From: an uncultured Chloroflexia bacterium
Lineage (GTDB): Bacteria > Chloroflexota > Dehalococcoidia > GIF9 > UBA5629
DNA length: 64,000 nt
Assembly (NCBI GenBank): GCA_963848815.1
Contig: CAWKFY010000033.1
Coordinates: 23,959 to 87,958 of the forward strand
Reading direction: 5' to 3'
Shown: one piece after another, positions 35,164-44,523 of the stretch
Layout of the letters: every line of letters starts with the position of its first letter
Position numbering within the stretch: the first letter of the stretch is position 1
The notes under the pieces: generated by a model
The model's database searches: none
Seen by the model: only the letters and a program-made list of their open reading frames with translations
Told to the model about the DNA's origin: nothing
Made by a program: the position numbers and the translations under genes

Positions 35164-35842
35164 TTAGCTCTTTAGCCTGGCCCTGATCTTTTCGTCTGTC
35201 AGTTCGCGTAGCGCATCGGAGGCAATCCATCTGGCGCTTTTGGAGTCCCGTTTGTAGATGCGCTCCGCAACTTGTATAGCCGATCTATTTAAACGGAGGT
35301 TGCGTTTGCCTACCTGCCGGAGTGCCCAGTTGACCGCTTTCTTCACGTAGTTGCGTTCGTCGCTGGATTCACGTTCGATGGCCTGCATAAATATCTCGAA
35401 CCTGGCGTCGGGCGCCTTCTTGTCGCCTATAGCCAGGCAGGCCATGAGGGAAAAGCCCGCCCTTTTGACGAACTCCTCAGGATGGCCGGACCATTCCAGC
35501 GCCTTTTCGAAAGCTGTTGCAGTTTTGGAGAAAAGGTTGAGGCAAACCTGGTCGCAGACGTCCCACGAATCGAAGTCCTTGACCCAGCTATCCATCTGCT
35601 TTTGGGTGACCAGGCCGGGATCGTCCACCATGCCGGCCAGTATGTGGGCCTCATGTATGCCGGAGTCCCACAGTTCCAGTGCAAGGGTGTGGTCCTTGCC
35701 GGCCTGCCTGGCCAGCTTGCGCAGATTGGGAATGGAAACGCCCAAGGTGTTATGCGGGTTGATGCCGTACCTGGCCATGCCTTTGACGTTATCGGGATCT
35801 GGCCAGGGCTTTCAGGTTATGGATGACCTCGTTTAAATCCAT
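35164..35842 (-). pseudogene. DNA alkylation repair (AlkD-like HEAT-repeat) protein with an N-terminal +1 frameshift
   Basis: ORF 35164-35778 lacks the family N-terminus. Upstream, 'MDLNEVIHNLKALA' starts at 35842 and joins 'DPDNVKGMARYGIN...' if one nt is removed near 35797-35802. Confidence 0.7.
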
Positions 35843-35929
35843 ATGGACAGATGACAAAATCCAGAATTTTGCGGGCGATTGTAACAGCCATTGAGATATG
35901 TGTCAATGAAGGTGTATGATAATTGAATA

Positions 35930-36004
35930 TAGGGACGGGTCTTTAGACCCGTTGGAAAGTCAAGAGGGCGTCCCGATTCTCATCGGGAAAGGTATGCCCC
36001 TACA
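35930..36004. repeat. Palindromic REP/MITE-like element (TAGGGACGGG...GCCCCTACA), copy upstream of the serpin
   Basis: Internal hairpins ACGGGTC/GACCCGT and TCCCGAT/ATCGGGA, with inverted termini TAGGG/CCCTA. Related to 37501-37562. Confidence 0.55.
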
Positions 36005-36107
36005 AGTCAGATTTGAGGCTTACGTTAGGTGGCAGTTTAAGGAAGCTAGACCTTTAAACTGCGCATCTGTTATCTATTGCGTAAATTGAGCTTGCAGGAG
36101 CGGGGTT

Positions 36108-37391
36108 ATGAAAATGAAGCTGTTTTCCATCATCGGTCTGGGTATTATCTTATTGGGAGTCTTACCTGGCTGCCAATCTCCGGCAGCTTCCGAAGAGGTA
36201 CTGTCATCCGGTAAGCCGAGGCAGGTAGTGGCGGCGGTCAACCCGTCCGACCTCTCGGCGCTGGTCGAAGGCAACAATCAGTTTGCCATGGGCCTTTACC
36301 AGATGTTGAAGGAGGGTGGGGGAAATATTTTCTATTCGCCCTACAGCATCTCCATGGCGCTGGCCATGACCTACGCCGGCGCGGAGGGGCTCACGGCCGA
36401 GCAGATGGCCGATACCCTGCATTTCACTTTGCCGCAGGAAACCCTGCACCCGACTTTCAACGGGCTGGACCAGGAGTTAGCCAGCCGTGGCCAGGGGGCC
36501 AAAGACAAGGAGGGGCAGGCCTTTAAGCTCAATATAGTTAATGCATTATGGGGACAGAAGGGCTACCAGTTCATTCCGTCCTACCTTGACGTGCTGGCGC
36601 AGAACTATGGAGCGGGGATGAGGCTGATGGACTTCCGGAATGATCCCGACGGCTCCCGCCAGACAATCAATAAATGGGTGGCCGACCAGACCAAGGATAA
36701 AATTCAGGACTTGATACCTCAGGGCGCCATAGATACCCTGACCCGGCTGGTGCTGACCAACGCCATCTATTTCAACGCGGCCTGGGCCACGGCTTTCAAT
36801 AAGAGTGCAACTCAGGATGACAACTTCACATTGAATGACGGCAGCATGGTCACTGTGCCTCTGATGCACGAATCGGAGAACCTTGGCTACGCAGAGGGCA
36901 GCGGCTATAAGGCCGTCGAGCTCCCTTACGATGGACATCAACTCTCGATGGTGATCGTACTACCGGACAGCGGCACTTTCAGCCAGTTTGAAAATACCTT
37001 TACGGCCGATAAATACGACAGCATTATACAGGGCCTGTCGCTCAAACAGGTGGTCCTGACCATGCCCAGCTTTAAATACGATTCGGAATTCAGCCTCAAC
37101 AAGACGCTGTCGGATATGGGGATGCCCATCGCCTTCACCGGCGATGCCGACTTTTCGGGCATGACGGGAGACCGCGACCTGGCCATATCGGACGTCATCC
37201 ACAAGGCTTACGTCTCGGTCGACGAGTCCGGAACCGAGGCCGCCGCAGCCACAGCAGTGATGATGCGGGCCACCGCTATAATGCTATCGCCCACAGAAGT
37301 CAAAGTCGATCATCCTTTCATTTTCATTATCCGGGATATCCAGACGGGGACAGTGCTGTTCATAGGGAGGGTCTTGAATCCAAAGAGTTAA
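36108..37391 (+). CDS. Serpin (serine protease inhibitor), predicted lipoprotein
   Basis: Lipobox 'GVLPGC'. Serpin body with the C-terminal signature 'VKVDHPFIFIIRDIQTGTVLFIGRVLNP'. Confidence 0.88.
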   Translation: MKMKLFSIIGLGIILLGVLPGCQSPAASEEVLSSGKPRQVVAAVNPSDLSALVEGNNQFAMGLYQMLKEGGGNIFYSPYSISMALAMTYAGAEGLTAEQMADTLHFTLPQETLHPTFNGLDQELASRGQGAKDKEGQAFKLNIVNALWGQKGYQFIPSYLDVLAQNYGAGMRLMDFRNDPDGSRQTINKWVADQTKDKIQDLIPQGAIDTLTRLVLTNAIYFNAAWATAFNKSATQDDNFTLNDGSMVTVPLMHESENLGYAEGSGYKAVELPYDGHQLSMVIVLPDSGTFSQFENTFTADKYDSIIQGLSLKQVVLTMPSFKYDSEFSLNKTLSDMGMPIAFTGDADFSGMTGDRDLAISDVIHKAYVSVDESGTEAAAATAVMMRATAIMLSPTEVKVDHPFIFIIRDIQTGTVLFIGRVLNPKS

Positions 37392-37444
37392 ATTCCAAAT
37401 TTCAAAAGATTGAAAGACTCAAAGGATTTGATCTCTTCACTGCT

Positions 37445-37472
37445 TCGCTCACCCTTTCCCGAGGGAGAGCGA
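37445..37472 (+). terminator. Possible serpin terminator hairpin
   Basis: TCGCTCaCCCT-ttcccg-AGGGaGAGCGA forms a 10-bp stem with one mismatch. The T-run follows only after about 15 nt, so this is not a canonical terminator. Confidence 0.3.
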
Positions 37473-37500
37473 GGACTCAATACCTTCCTTTTTAGCAAAC

Positions 37501-37562
37501 TGTAGGGACGGGGCTAAAGACCCGTCCGGGAATGCGGGCGAACCTGAAGGTACGCCCCTACA
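37501..37562. repeat. Palindromic REP/MITE-like element, copy downstream of the serpin
   Basis: TGTAGGGACGGGGCTAAAGACCCGTCCGGGAATGCGGGCGAACCTGAAGGTACGCCCCTACA has 7-bp inverted termini TGTAGGG/CCCTACA and two internal hairpins. An extra hairpin-like tail runs to about 37605. Confidence 0.55.
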
Positions 37563-37736
37563 TCTTCGAATAAGGGATTGCCACGCCCGGATCACATCGG
37601 GAACCGGTCTATGGTCAAATTTGCAAATGCCCTGTCTTAATATACAATTGAGTTGATTAACCGGCCAACAAATAGCCGGCGTCAGTCAGGATATCCGATC
37701 AAACAACCGGCGCAAGCACGCTTTATAGGAGATATT

Positions 37737-39323
37737 ATGTGGCAAAAAGGATGGCGCGAAAAAGTCTGGTCAGGACTCGATCAACCATGGGACTTGATCA
37801 TCATCGGCGGAGGCATAACCGGCGCCGGGATATTGCGCCACGCAACAGCGCAGGGGCTGAAGACACTGCTGGTCGAAGCCGGTGACTTCTCCTCGGGGAC
37901 TTCCAGCCGTTCCTCCAAGCTGATCCATGGCGGTCTGCGCTATATCCTCAACAAGCAGTTCAAGGTCACGCAGGAATCGGTCAGGGAGAGGGAGCGCCTG
38001 ATGAAGGAGGCCCCGCACCTTGTCACCAAGCTGGGATTCTTCTTCCCCAACTACGCACGTTATCACACCAGGACTTTTCAGGTGGGCGAGATCATTGCCA
38101 TTTACGACCTGCTGGCCCCCAAGTGGGACCACCGTAAGTTCAGCATGAAAAGGATGATCAAAGAATGTCCCGATATAAATAATGAGGGACTGCTGGGCGG
38201 CTACCTTTATTACGATGCCGCCATGGATGACTGCCGCATCGTCATCCGGGTATTGAGGGAAGCCGTGAGGGATGGCGGCACCGCGTTGAATTATGCCAGG
38301 GTGCAGAGTCTGCTGCGGGATAACAGCCAGAAGGTCTGCGGAGTTGTTCTGAAGGATACAGCCTCGTCCGAAGGCAAAACACTCGAGGTCAAGGCTAAAG
38401 TGGTGGTGAATGCCTCGGGACCGTGGGCGGACCAAATACGTATGCAGATAGCCGGCACGCCGCGGCTGCGACGCGTGCGGGGCAGCCATCTGATTTTACC
38501 GCGGGCCAGGCTGCCGCTGGACAGGGCCATTACACTGGTGCACCCTCGTGATAGCCGCGCCGTCTTCGTCATTCCCTGGGAGGGCACCACCATACTGGGC
38601 ACAACCGAGGTCGACCAGGACCCGGCCCTCGACATGAAATACGCCGAGCCGTTCTGCAGCCAGGAGGAGATGGCCTATATGCTGGAAGCCGCCACCTACC
38701 TCTTCCCCGGCCTAAATATCACGGCGGCGGATATAGTTTCCTCTTTTGCGGGACTGCGCCCCATCGTGAGCGGCGGCGCCGAGTCCGCCTCCAAGGAATC
38801 GCGGGCGCATTCCATATGGGATGAGGATGGCATGATAACCATTACCGGCGGCAAATATACGACCTTCCGCATCATGGCCCGCCAGACGCTGGCGGCCGTG
38901 CTGAAAAAGCTGGGACGGCCTCCCATGATAAAAATGAACCGTGTCTTCAATAAGCTCCCGGATATGCAGGCGCGCAACATCAATCCGGCCACGCTGGGCT
39001 ACCTGGCGGGCCGGCACGGCGGAGATACGCCCGGCCTGATCAGCTCGGCTGGCGCAGGGGAGCTGGAGTGCATCGGCAACCTGTCCAACGTATGGGCCGA
39101 GTTGCGCTGGGCTGCCCGGGAGGAAGGCGTCGTCCACCTCGACGATATTTTACTGCGGCGAGTGAGGCTGGGAATGCTGCTGCCCAATGGGGCCAGGGAG
39201 CATATGGAGCATATACGCAGCCTGACCCAGGCCGAGCTGGGCTGGAGCGATGAACGTTGGAAGCAGGAAGCGGAAAACTATTTGAATACCTGGCAGAAAT
39301 ATTACAGTCCCACGCCGGGCTGA
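37737..39323 (+). CDS. glpD: FAD-dependent glycerol-3-phosphate dehydrogenase
   Basis: ATG follows AGGAGA. Dinucleotide fold 'DLIIIGGGITGAGI' and GlpA/GlpD-type length and blocks. Confidence 0.82.
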   Translation: MWQKGWREKVWSGLDQPWDLIIIGGGITGAGILRHATAQGLKTLLVEAGDFSSGTSSRSSKLIHGGLRYILNKQFKVTQESVRERERLMKEAPHLVTKLGFFFPNYARYHTRTFQVGEIIAIYDLLAPKWDHRKFSMKRMIKECPDINNEGLLGGYLYYDAAMDDCRIVIRVLREAVRDGGTALNYARVQSLLRDNSQKVCGVVLKDTASSEGKTLEVKAKVVVNASGPWADQIRMQIAGTPRLRRVRGSHLILPRARLPLDRAITLVHPRDSRAVFVIPWEGTTILGTTEVDQDPALDMKYAEPFCSQEEMAYMLEAATYLFPGLNITAADIVSSFAGLRPIVSGGAESASKESRAHSIWDEDGMITITGGKYTTFRIMARQTLAAVLKKLGRPPMIKMNRVFNKLPDMQARNINPATLGYLAGRHGGDTPGLISSAGAGELECIGNLSNVWAELRWAAREEGVVHLDDILLRRVRLGMLLPNGAREHMEHIRSLTQAELGWSDERWKQEAENYLNTWQKYYSPTPG

Positions 39324-39376
39324 GAAAGCTGCGGCGTAAGCCGGTCACCGGTTGAAGATTCCGGAGGAGGTTCACT

Positions 39377-41107
39377 ATGACGGCCAAAGATGAATTTGTC
39401 CCTCAGTGGTGCGAACAGGTAGCGCCCGCTCACTCTTTTCGCAGCCTTATAAAATACGGCGATCCTGCGGGATTCAAACATCCCAACTCCGGCATGTTCA
39501 AGTTGCTGAAGGAGACCTTCGGCATGACGGACGACGATTTCAAGAAGCCGGACCTTTCCATGGAGGACTTCGATATCGAGATACCCTCTAAGATGCCGCA
39601 GGCGCAGATCGACATCCTCAAAGGCGTGGTGGGGGCGGAAAATATGCACCTGGATTCTTACAACCGCACGCGAGTCTCTTACGGGGGAGGAATGATCGAC
39701 GCTCTGCGCTTGCGCCATCATGTGGTGGAAAACCTGCCGGACGTGGTAGTGGACCCACGGGATGAAAAGGATATCGAGGCCATCGTGAAATACTGCAACC
39801 AGGAGCACATACCCCTTTACGTGGCGGCAGGCAACTCAAGCGTTACGCGCGGCAAAGAAGCGGTCAAGGGCGGTGTTTGCCTGGATATGTGCGTCCACAT
39901 GAATAAAATATTGAAGCTCAATGAGATAAATCAGACCATAACCGTCCAGCCCGGCATCATGGGCCCCGAACTGGAGAGGATGTTGAACGACGCCCCGGAT
40001 ACCATGAAAGCCAAACGGGGCTATACAGTGGGGCATTTCCCGCAGTCCTTCGAGCATTCCTGCGTGGGTGGATGGGTGGTGACGAGGGGCGCCGGGCAGA
40101 ACTCGACGTATTACGGCAAGATCGAAGATATGGTGATAGCCCAGAGATACGTGACTCCCATCGGCAATTTCGAGACTCCGGAGGTCCCGCGCTCAGCTAC
40201 CGGGCCGGATTTCGACCAGATCATGATAGGCAGCGAGGGCACCTTCGGGATACTGACGAGCGTTACTCTGCGGCTTTGCCGCTACATGCCCGAGAATACA
40301 CGCCGTTTCTCATTCATGTTCAAGACCTGGGAGGATGCGCTCAGCGCCTATCGCGAAGTGATGCAGGGCGAGTTCGGACTGCCCTCGGTCTTCCGCCTCT
40401 CCGACCCGGAAGAGACGGATGTGGCCATGCGAATGTACCACGTGCACGGCACAATTGCCGATACCCTTCTGCGCGCCATGGGCTACCTGCCGATGAAGCG
40501 CTGCATATTGCTGGGGACAGCCGACGGCGACCGCGCTTTCACAGGGCTGGTCGTTAAAAGGATCAAGCAGGTCTTCAGCAAATACCGGCCTTTTAACCTG
40601 AGCCCTGCAGGGGTCACGAAGGCCTGGGAGAGGAGCCGCTATACAGACCCCTTCATGCGCGAGGACCTGATGGACTACGGCATCCTGATCGATACACTGG
40701 AATGCGCCGTCAACTGGGAGAACCTGCCGAAGGTGCACGAACAGGTAAGGGCCTTCGTTAAATCGCGCCCTCAGACCATCTGCATGACGCACGTGTCCCA
40801 TGCCTATCCCCAGGGAGGCAACCTGTATTTCATTTTCGTCTGCAGGATGAAGGGCATCAACGAGTACCTGGAGCTGCAATACGGCATACTGGACGCCGTG
40901 CTGAAGGCTGGCGCCGCCATGAGCCATCATCACGGCATCGGCAAGCAGACGGGGCCCTGGCTGGTCCAGCAGATAGGACAGCAATTGGACGTGATTCGTG
41001 TATTGCGCGACCATTTCGATCCGAACCACATCATGAATCCCGGCGGCACGCTGGGGCTGGATATGACCGAGGAGCAGAAAGCGAAGCGCTGGGGATTTCA
41101 GAAGTAA
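39377..41107 (+). CDS. FAD-linked oxidase, alkyl-DHAP-synthase / GlcD-like
   Basis: PCMH-type FAD-binding region and a C-terminal 'MSHHHGIGK' typical of the FAD_binding_4 / FAD-oxidase_C families. Confidence 0.75.
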   Translation: MTAKDEFVPQWCEQVAPAHSFRSLIKYGDPAGFKHPNSGMFKLLKETFGMTDDDFKKPDLSMEDFDIEIPSKMPQAQIDILKGVVGAENMHLDSYNRTRVSYGGGMIDALRLRHHVVENLPDVVVDPRDEKDIEAIVKYCNQEHIPLYVAAGNSSVTRGKEAVKGGVCLDMCVHMNKILKLNEINQTITVQPGIMGPELERMLNDAPDTMKAKRGYTVGHFPQSFEHSCVGGWVVTRGAGQNSTYYGKIEDMVIAQRYVTPIGNFETPEVPRSATGPDFDQIMIGSEGTFGILTSVTLRLCRYMPENTRRFSFMFKTWEDALSAYREVMQGEFGLPSVFRLSDPEETDVAMRMYHVHGTIADTLLRAMGYLPMKRCILLGTADGDRAFTGLVVKRIKQVFSKYRPFNLSPAGVTKAWERSRYTDPFMREDLMDYGILIDTLECAVNWENLPKVHEQVRAFVKSRPQTICMTHVSHAYPQGGNLYFIFVCRMKGINEYLELQYGILDAVLKAGAAMSHHHGIGKQTGPWLVQQIGQQLDVIRVLRDHFDPNHIMNPGGTLGLDMTEEQKAKRWGFQK

Positions 41108-41125
41108 AAATAGAGGAGGCCGGCT

Positions 41126-42679
41126 ATGGCTGAAAACTTGCTTTCTATCGACGTTGGCACGCAAAGCGTACGTGCATTGATCTTCGACCCGCGGGGCAAT
41201 TTGCTTGCCAGGCAGCGCGTGCCCTACGAGCCTTACTACTCGGATGCGCCGGGGCTGGCGGAGCAAAAGCCGCAAGTGTATTGGGAAGCTATCTGCCAGG
41301 CCTGCCGCGGTTTATGGCAAAAGCCGGAGGTGAAGAAGGAGAGTATCGCCGCAGTGGCGCTCACTACTCTGAGGGCTTCAGTGGTCAATGTAGATGAAAC
41401 TGGAGAGCCGCTGCGCCCGGCCATCATATGGCTCGACCGGCGTCGCACGGATGGCCTGCCGCCTCTGGGAGGCGTGTGGGGCATCCTCTTTGCCCTGGCA
41501 GGGGCCAGCAAAACGGTGGCCTATTTGCAGGCGGAAGCTGAGGCCAACTGGATAATCAAGAATCAGCCCGAGATATGGAAGAAAACGCATAAATATCTGC
41601 TGCTTTCGGGCTACCTTACTCATCTATTGACCGGCCGCTTCGTTGATTCGGTCGGATGCCAGGTGGGCTATATACCATTCGACTATAAAAGCCAGAACTG
41701 GGAAGGTAAATGGGGCTGGAAGTGGCAGGCGGTGCCTGTAAAACCGGGGATGCTGCCTGAACTTATTCCACAGGCGCAGCCGCTGGGAGAGATAACAGGA
41801 AGGGCGGCAGAAGCCACGGGCATCCCGGCCGGACTTCCGCTGATCGCGGCAGCGGCCGACAAAGCCTGCGAAGTGCTGGGTGCAGGGGCATTGGAACCGA
41901 ACGTTGCCTGCCTGAGCTACGGAACTACGGCAACTGTCGATACGACGCATGATAAATATGTGGAGGTCGTCCCGCTATTGCCTCCTTATCCGGCGGCAGT
42001 GCCCAAGCTCTACAGCTTCGAGATAGAGATATTCCGCGGTTACTGGATGGTAAACTGGTTCAAGAACGAATTTGGCCTGCGGGAGCAGCTTATGTCCGCC
42101 GAGAAGGGGGTGGAGCCCGAAGTGCTTTTCGATGACCTGGTGAATTCTGTGCCGCCCGGGTCGCAGGGGCTGGTATTACAGCCCTACTGGTCGCCGGGGC
42201 TGCTCTTTCCCGGGCCTGAGGCACGCGGCGCCATCATCGGGTTCAACGATGTTCATACCAGGGCGCACATTTACCGCGCTATCCTGGAAGGCCTGGCCTA
42301 TGCGCTCCGGGAAGGCAAGGACCGCACCGAGAAACGCAGCGGAGTCAAAATAACCGATCTGCGCATCGCCGGCGGCGGAAGCCAGAGCGATGCTGCCATG
42401 CAATTGACCGCCGACATCTTCGGCTTGCCGTCCTCACGCCCGCATGTATACGAAGCCTCGGGGCTGGGAGCGGCCATGGATGCGGCGGTGGGCATTAAAC
42501 TGCACGCCGATTTTAAAACTGCGGTAAAAGAGATGACCCATCTAGGGAGAAGCTTCGACCCGCATCCTGAGATGCAGCAAATATACGACCGGCTCTACCA
42601 CGAGGTTTACCTGAAGATGTATGACAGGCTGAAGCCGCTCTACGGCACGATCAGCGAGATATCAGGCGGGCGGCCTTAG
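41126..42679 (+). CDS. FGGY-family carbohydrate/polyol kinase
   Basis: N-terminal '[16 protein letters not shown]' and a C-terminal '[18 protein letters not shown]' FGGY signature. Confidence 0.85.
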   Translation: MAENLLSIDVGTQSVRALIFDPRGNLLARQRVPYEPYYSDAPGLAEQKPQVYWEAICQACRGLWQKPEVKKESIAAVALTTLRASVVNVDETGEPLRPAIIWLDRRRTDGLPPLGGVWGILFALAGASKTVAYLQAEAEANWIIKNQPEIWKKTHKYLLLSGYLTHLLTGRFVDSVGCQVGYIPFDYKSQNWEGKWGWKWQAVPVKPGMLPELIPQAQPLGEITGRAAEATGIPAGLPLIAAAADKACEVLGAGALEPNVACLSYGTTATVDTTHDKYVEVVPLLPPYPAAVPKLYSFEIEIFRGYWMVNWFKNEFGLREQLMSAEKGVEPEVLFDDLVNSVPPGSQGLVLQPYWSPGLLFPGPEARGAIIGFNDVHTRAHIYRAILEGLAYALREGKDRTEKRSGVKITDLRIAGGGSQSDAAMQLTADIFGLPSSRPHVYEASGLGAAMDAAVGIKLHADFKTAVKEMTHLGRSFDPHPEMQQIYDRLYHEVYLKMYDRLKPLYGTISEISGGRP

Positions 42680-43228
42680 AATAAATAAGACTGAGACGAG
42701 AAGGATAGCCGTAACAGCCAGCCCGGCATAAGCCGCCTTGCGCAGGTTGGAAATGGTCCGGTCTATATCCTTAAAGCGCCGCGTTGTGACGTTCTTTGTA
42801 TAGCGGGTGGTGAAGATGGCAGCCGGGATGATGAACACCCAGCCTGCTATAGCGAAAGGCGTCCCCAACTGCGGGACCATCCTGCCGGTTATGGCAAAGA
42901 CCGCGGCCAGCAGCATCTGTGTGGCCCAGGCCAGGCTGATGGCCATATTGGGCTGTATGAACATGCTGGTATGCCAGATTGACTGCTTGAAGCCCCATTT
43001 GGAGAATTCCGCGCAGAAGGGCAGCTCGACTATGGGCGATAAGGAGACCAGCCACAGGGCGGCCACGAGCAGGAGGCCGATGGTCGGCCACCAGGAAAGC
43101 ACGAGCGGTGGTGCGCCAATAGCAAGGAGCAAGATCGTCACTAGAAAAAAGATCCAGCTAAACACATCCATCCAGGCCGGCCGGTTGAAGGTAAGCTTAT
43201 AAAGGATGGTGATGCGTTGCCAGTGCAA
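42662..43228 (-). CDS. Membrane protein; possibly the displaced C-terminal part of 43197-43838
   Basis: 188 aa with about 5 TM segments. It starts at TTG inside the end of the upstream ORF. Confidence 0.45.
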   Translation of the reverse strand: MHWQRITILYKLTFNRPAWMDVFSWIFFLVTILLLAIGAPPLVLSWWPTIGLLLVAALWLVSLSPIVELPFCAEFSKWGFKQSIWHTSMFIQPNMAISLAWATQMLLAAVFAITGRMVPQLGTPFAIAGWVFIIPAAIFTTRYTKNVTTRRFKDIDRTISNLRKAAYAGLAVTAILLVSVLFILRPPA

Positions 43229-43838
43229 AGGAGACGGCGGCGCTGGCCCAGTATCCTACAGCGGGGATGGAAAAGGTAATCCAGAACAGCCACCAGGGCA
43301 AGAAAAATACGTAGTTCCAGGCCATGCCCGGCAGTCGCAGCGGTCCGGCGGGACGGCACCCGGCTGCAGGCTGTAGCCCGGGGGTCTCTTTACGAAAGAT
43401 CGAGAAGAACGGCTGCCGTCCGGGTTCGGAATCATCCCTGATGCTGAAATTCTCGGGACGCTTGAAGATATCGCCAAACCGGGCAAACAGGCCGGCGTCG
43501 CCCTCTATGGTATAGAGGCTCTGAAGCAGGGCATCGGCGCCCGATATCTCTCCCCTGCTGACGCTCCGCCAGATTTCGGATGGGGTATTGATGACCAGGG
43601 AGGGAAGTGCCGCGGGACCTTTGCGGAAGGCGCAGGCGCCGGACCTTATAATGAGCTGGTAAATACCCGGTTCCTGCCCGCTGACGTTGAACTGGATGAC
43701 GGCGTCGAGGTCGCCGGCGGCGGCGGGATTGAATATCACTGACATGCCTTCCACCAGTTGGCGGAAGCTCATGGTATCGGTGTCGATGTGCCCCGGCTGG
43801 TTCATATAAAGAGTCCTCGCATTTACTGTTTTCGTCAA
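43197..43838 (-). CDS. SCP2 (sterol-carrier-like) domain protein with a C-terminal TM segment
   Basis: 'GDLDAVIQFNVSGQEPGIYQLIIRSGACAFRKG...TIEGDAGLFARFGDIF' fits the SCP2 pattern. Confidence 0.6.
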   Translation of the reverse strand: MTKTVNARTLYMNQPGHIDTDTMSFRQLVEGMSVIFNPAAAGDLDAVIQFNVSGQEPGIYQLIIRSGACAFRKGPAALPSLVINTPSEIWRSVSRGEISGADALLQSLYTIEGDAGLFARFGDIFKRPENFSIRDDSEPGRQPFFSIFRKETPGLQPAAGCRPAGPLRLPGMAWNYVFFLPWWLFWITFSIPAVGYWASAAVSFALATHHHPL

Positions 43839-43847
43839 TATCGGTTT

Positions 43848-44378
43848 TCATTTGTTTTTGGGCATGATCTCTTTCATAAAGACTACACGGTCTTTCCCGG
43901 GGCCGGAATAGTCCCGCACAACTGGTACTCCGGTATTTATGGCATCTCCCAAGAGCTTCATCCCAATGCTCTTGTGAAAAGAAATGGACAGCGAATTCAA
44001 TGGGCTGGTTATGGCCTTCAACTGCTTGCAACCGTGCGCACTGGCAAATTGACCAAAACGCTCGTACAACCTTTTAGCCAGTCCTTGCCTGCGGTAACCT
44101 TCCCTGACTGCGAGCAATTGAACATAACCTACCGGGTCAGTCTGCGAAAGAAAGCCGAAAAGGTAGGCAATTACCTTATCGCCTTCCTTTATTACAAAAG
44201 CCGAGTTGCCGAACTCGTTGATAAGTGTGGGATGGTGTAAGGCCAGGGTACGGTCATGATCCCAAAACTCGTTGAACTGCGTTAATATGCTGTCGAAATC
44301 TTCTTTTGTACAAGTAGTGATTTCCATTACAGCCCGTCGCTTATCAGTGTATCTAACCCGGAAGACAAGTATACTCAA
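43848..44378 (-). CDS. GNAT family N-acetyltransferase
   Basis: Acetyl-CoA motif 'VREGYRRQGLAKRLY'. The true start is probably MEITT near 44327. Confidence 0.8.
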   Translation of the reverse strand: MSILVFRVRYTDKRRAVMEITTCTKEDFDSILTQFNEFWDHDRTLALHHPTLINEFGNSAFVIKEGDKVIAYLFGFLSQTDPVGYVQLLAVREGYRRQGLAKRLYERFGQFASAHGCKQLKAITSPLNSLSISFHKSIGMKLLGDAINTGVPVVRDYSGPGKDRVVFMKEIMPKNK

Positions 44379-44523
44379 TCCAGTGTAATATTGAAAGGAA
44401 TATAAATACGCATGTCAGTATTTATGCTGTCCAATGGACGAATAATTTGGCAGTGCGCTGACCGACCTATTAAACTTTATTAAAATAGTCTTAGCCCCTT
44501 ATTGAGTTGACCCGGATTAAGTT

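Noticed and set aside
44379-44523. Mg2+ riboswitch (M-box) upstream of the MgtA-type ATPase
   Set aside because: The 145-nt AT-rich spacer shows none of the conserved M-box helices or sequence blocks I can recall, and no terminator hairpin.
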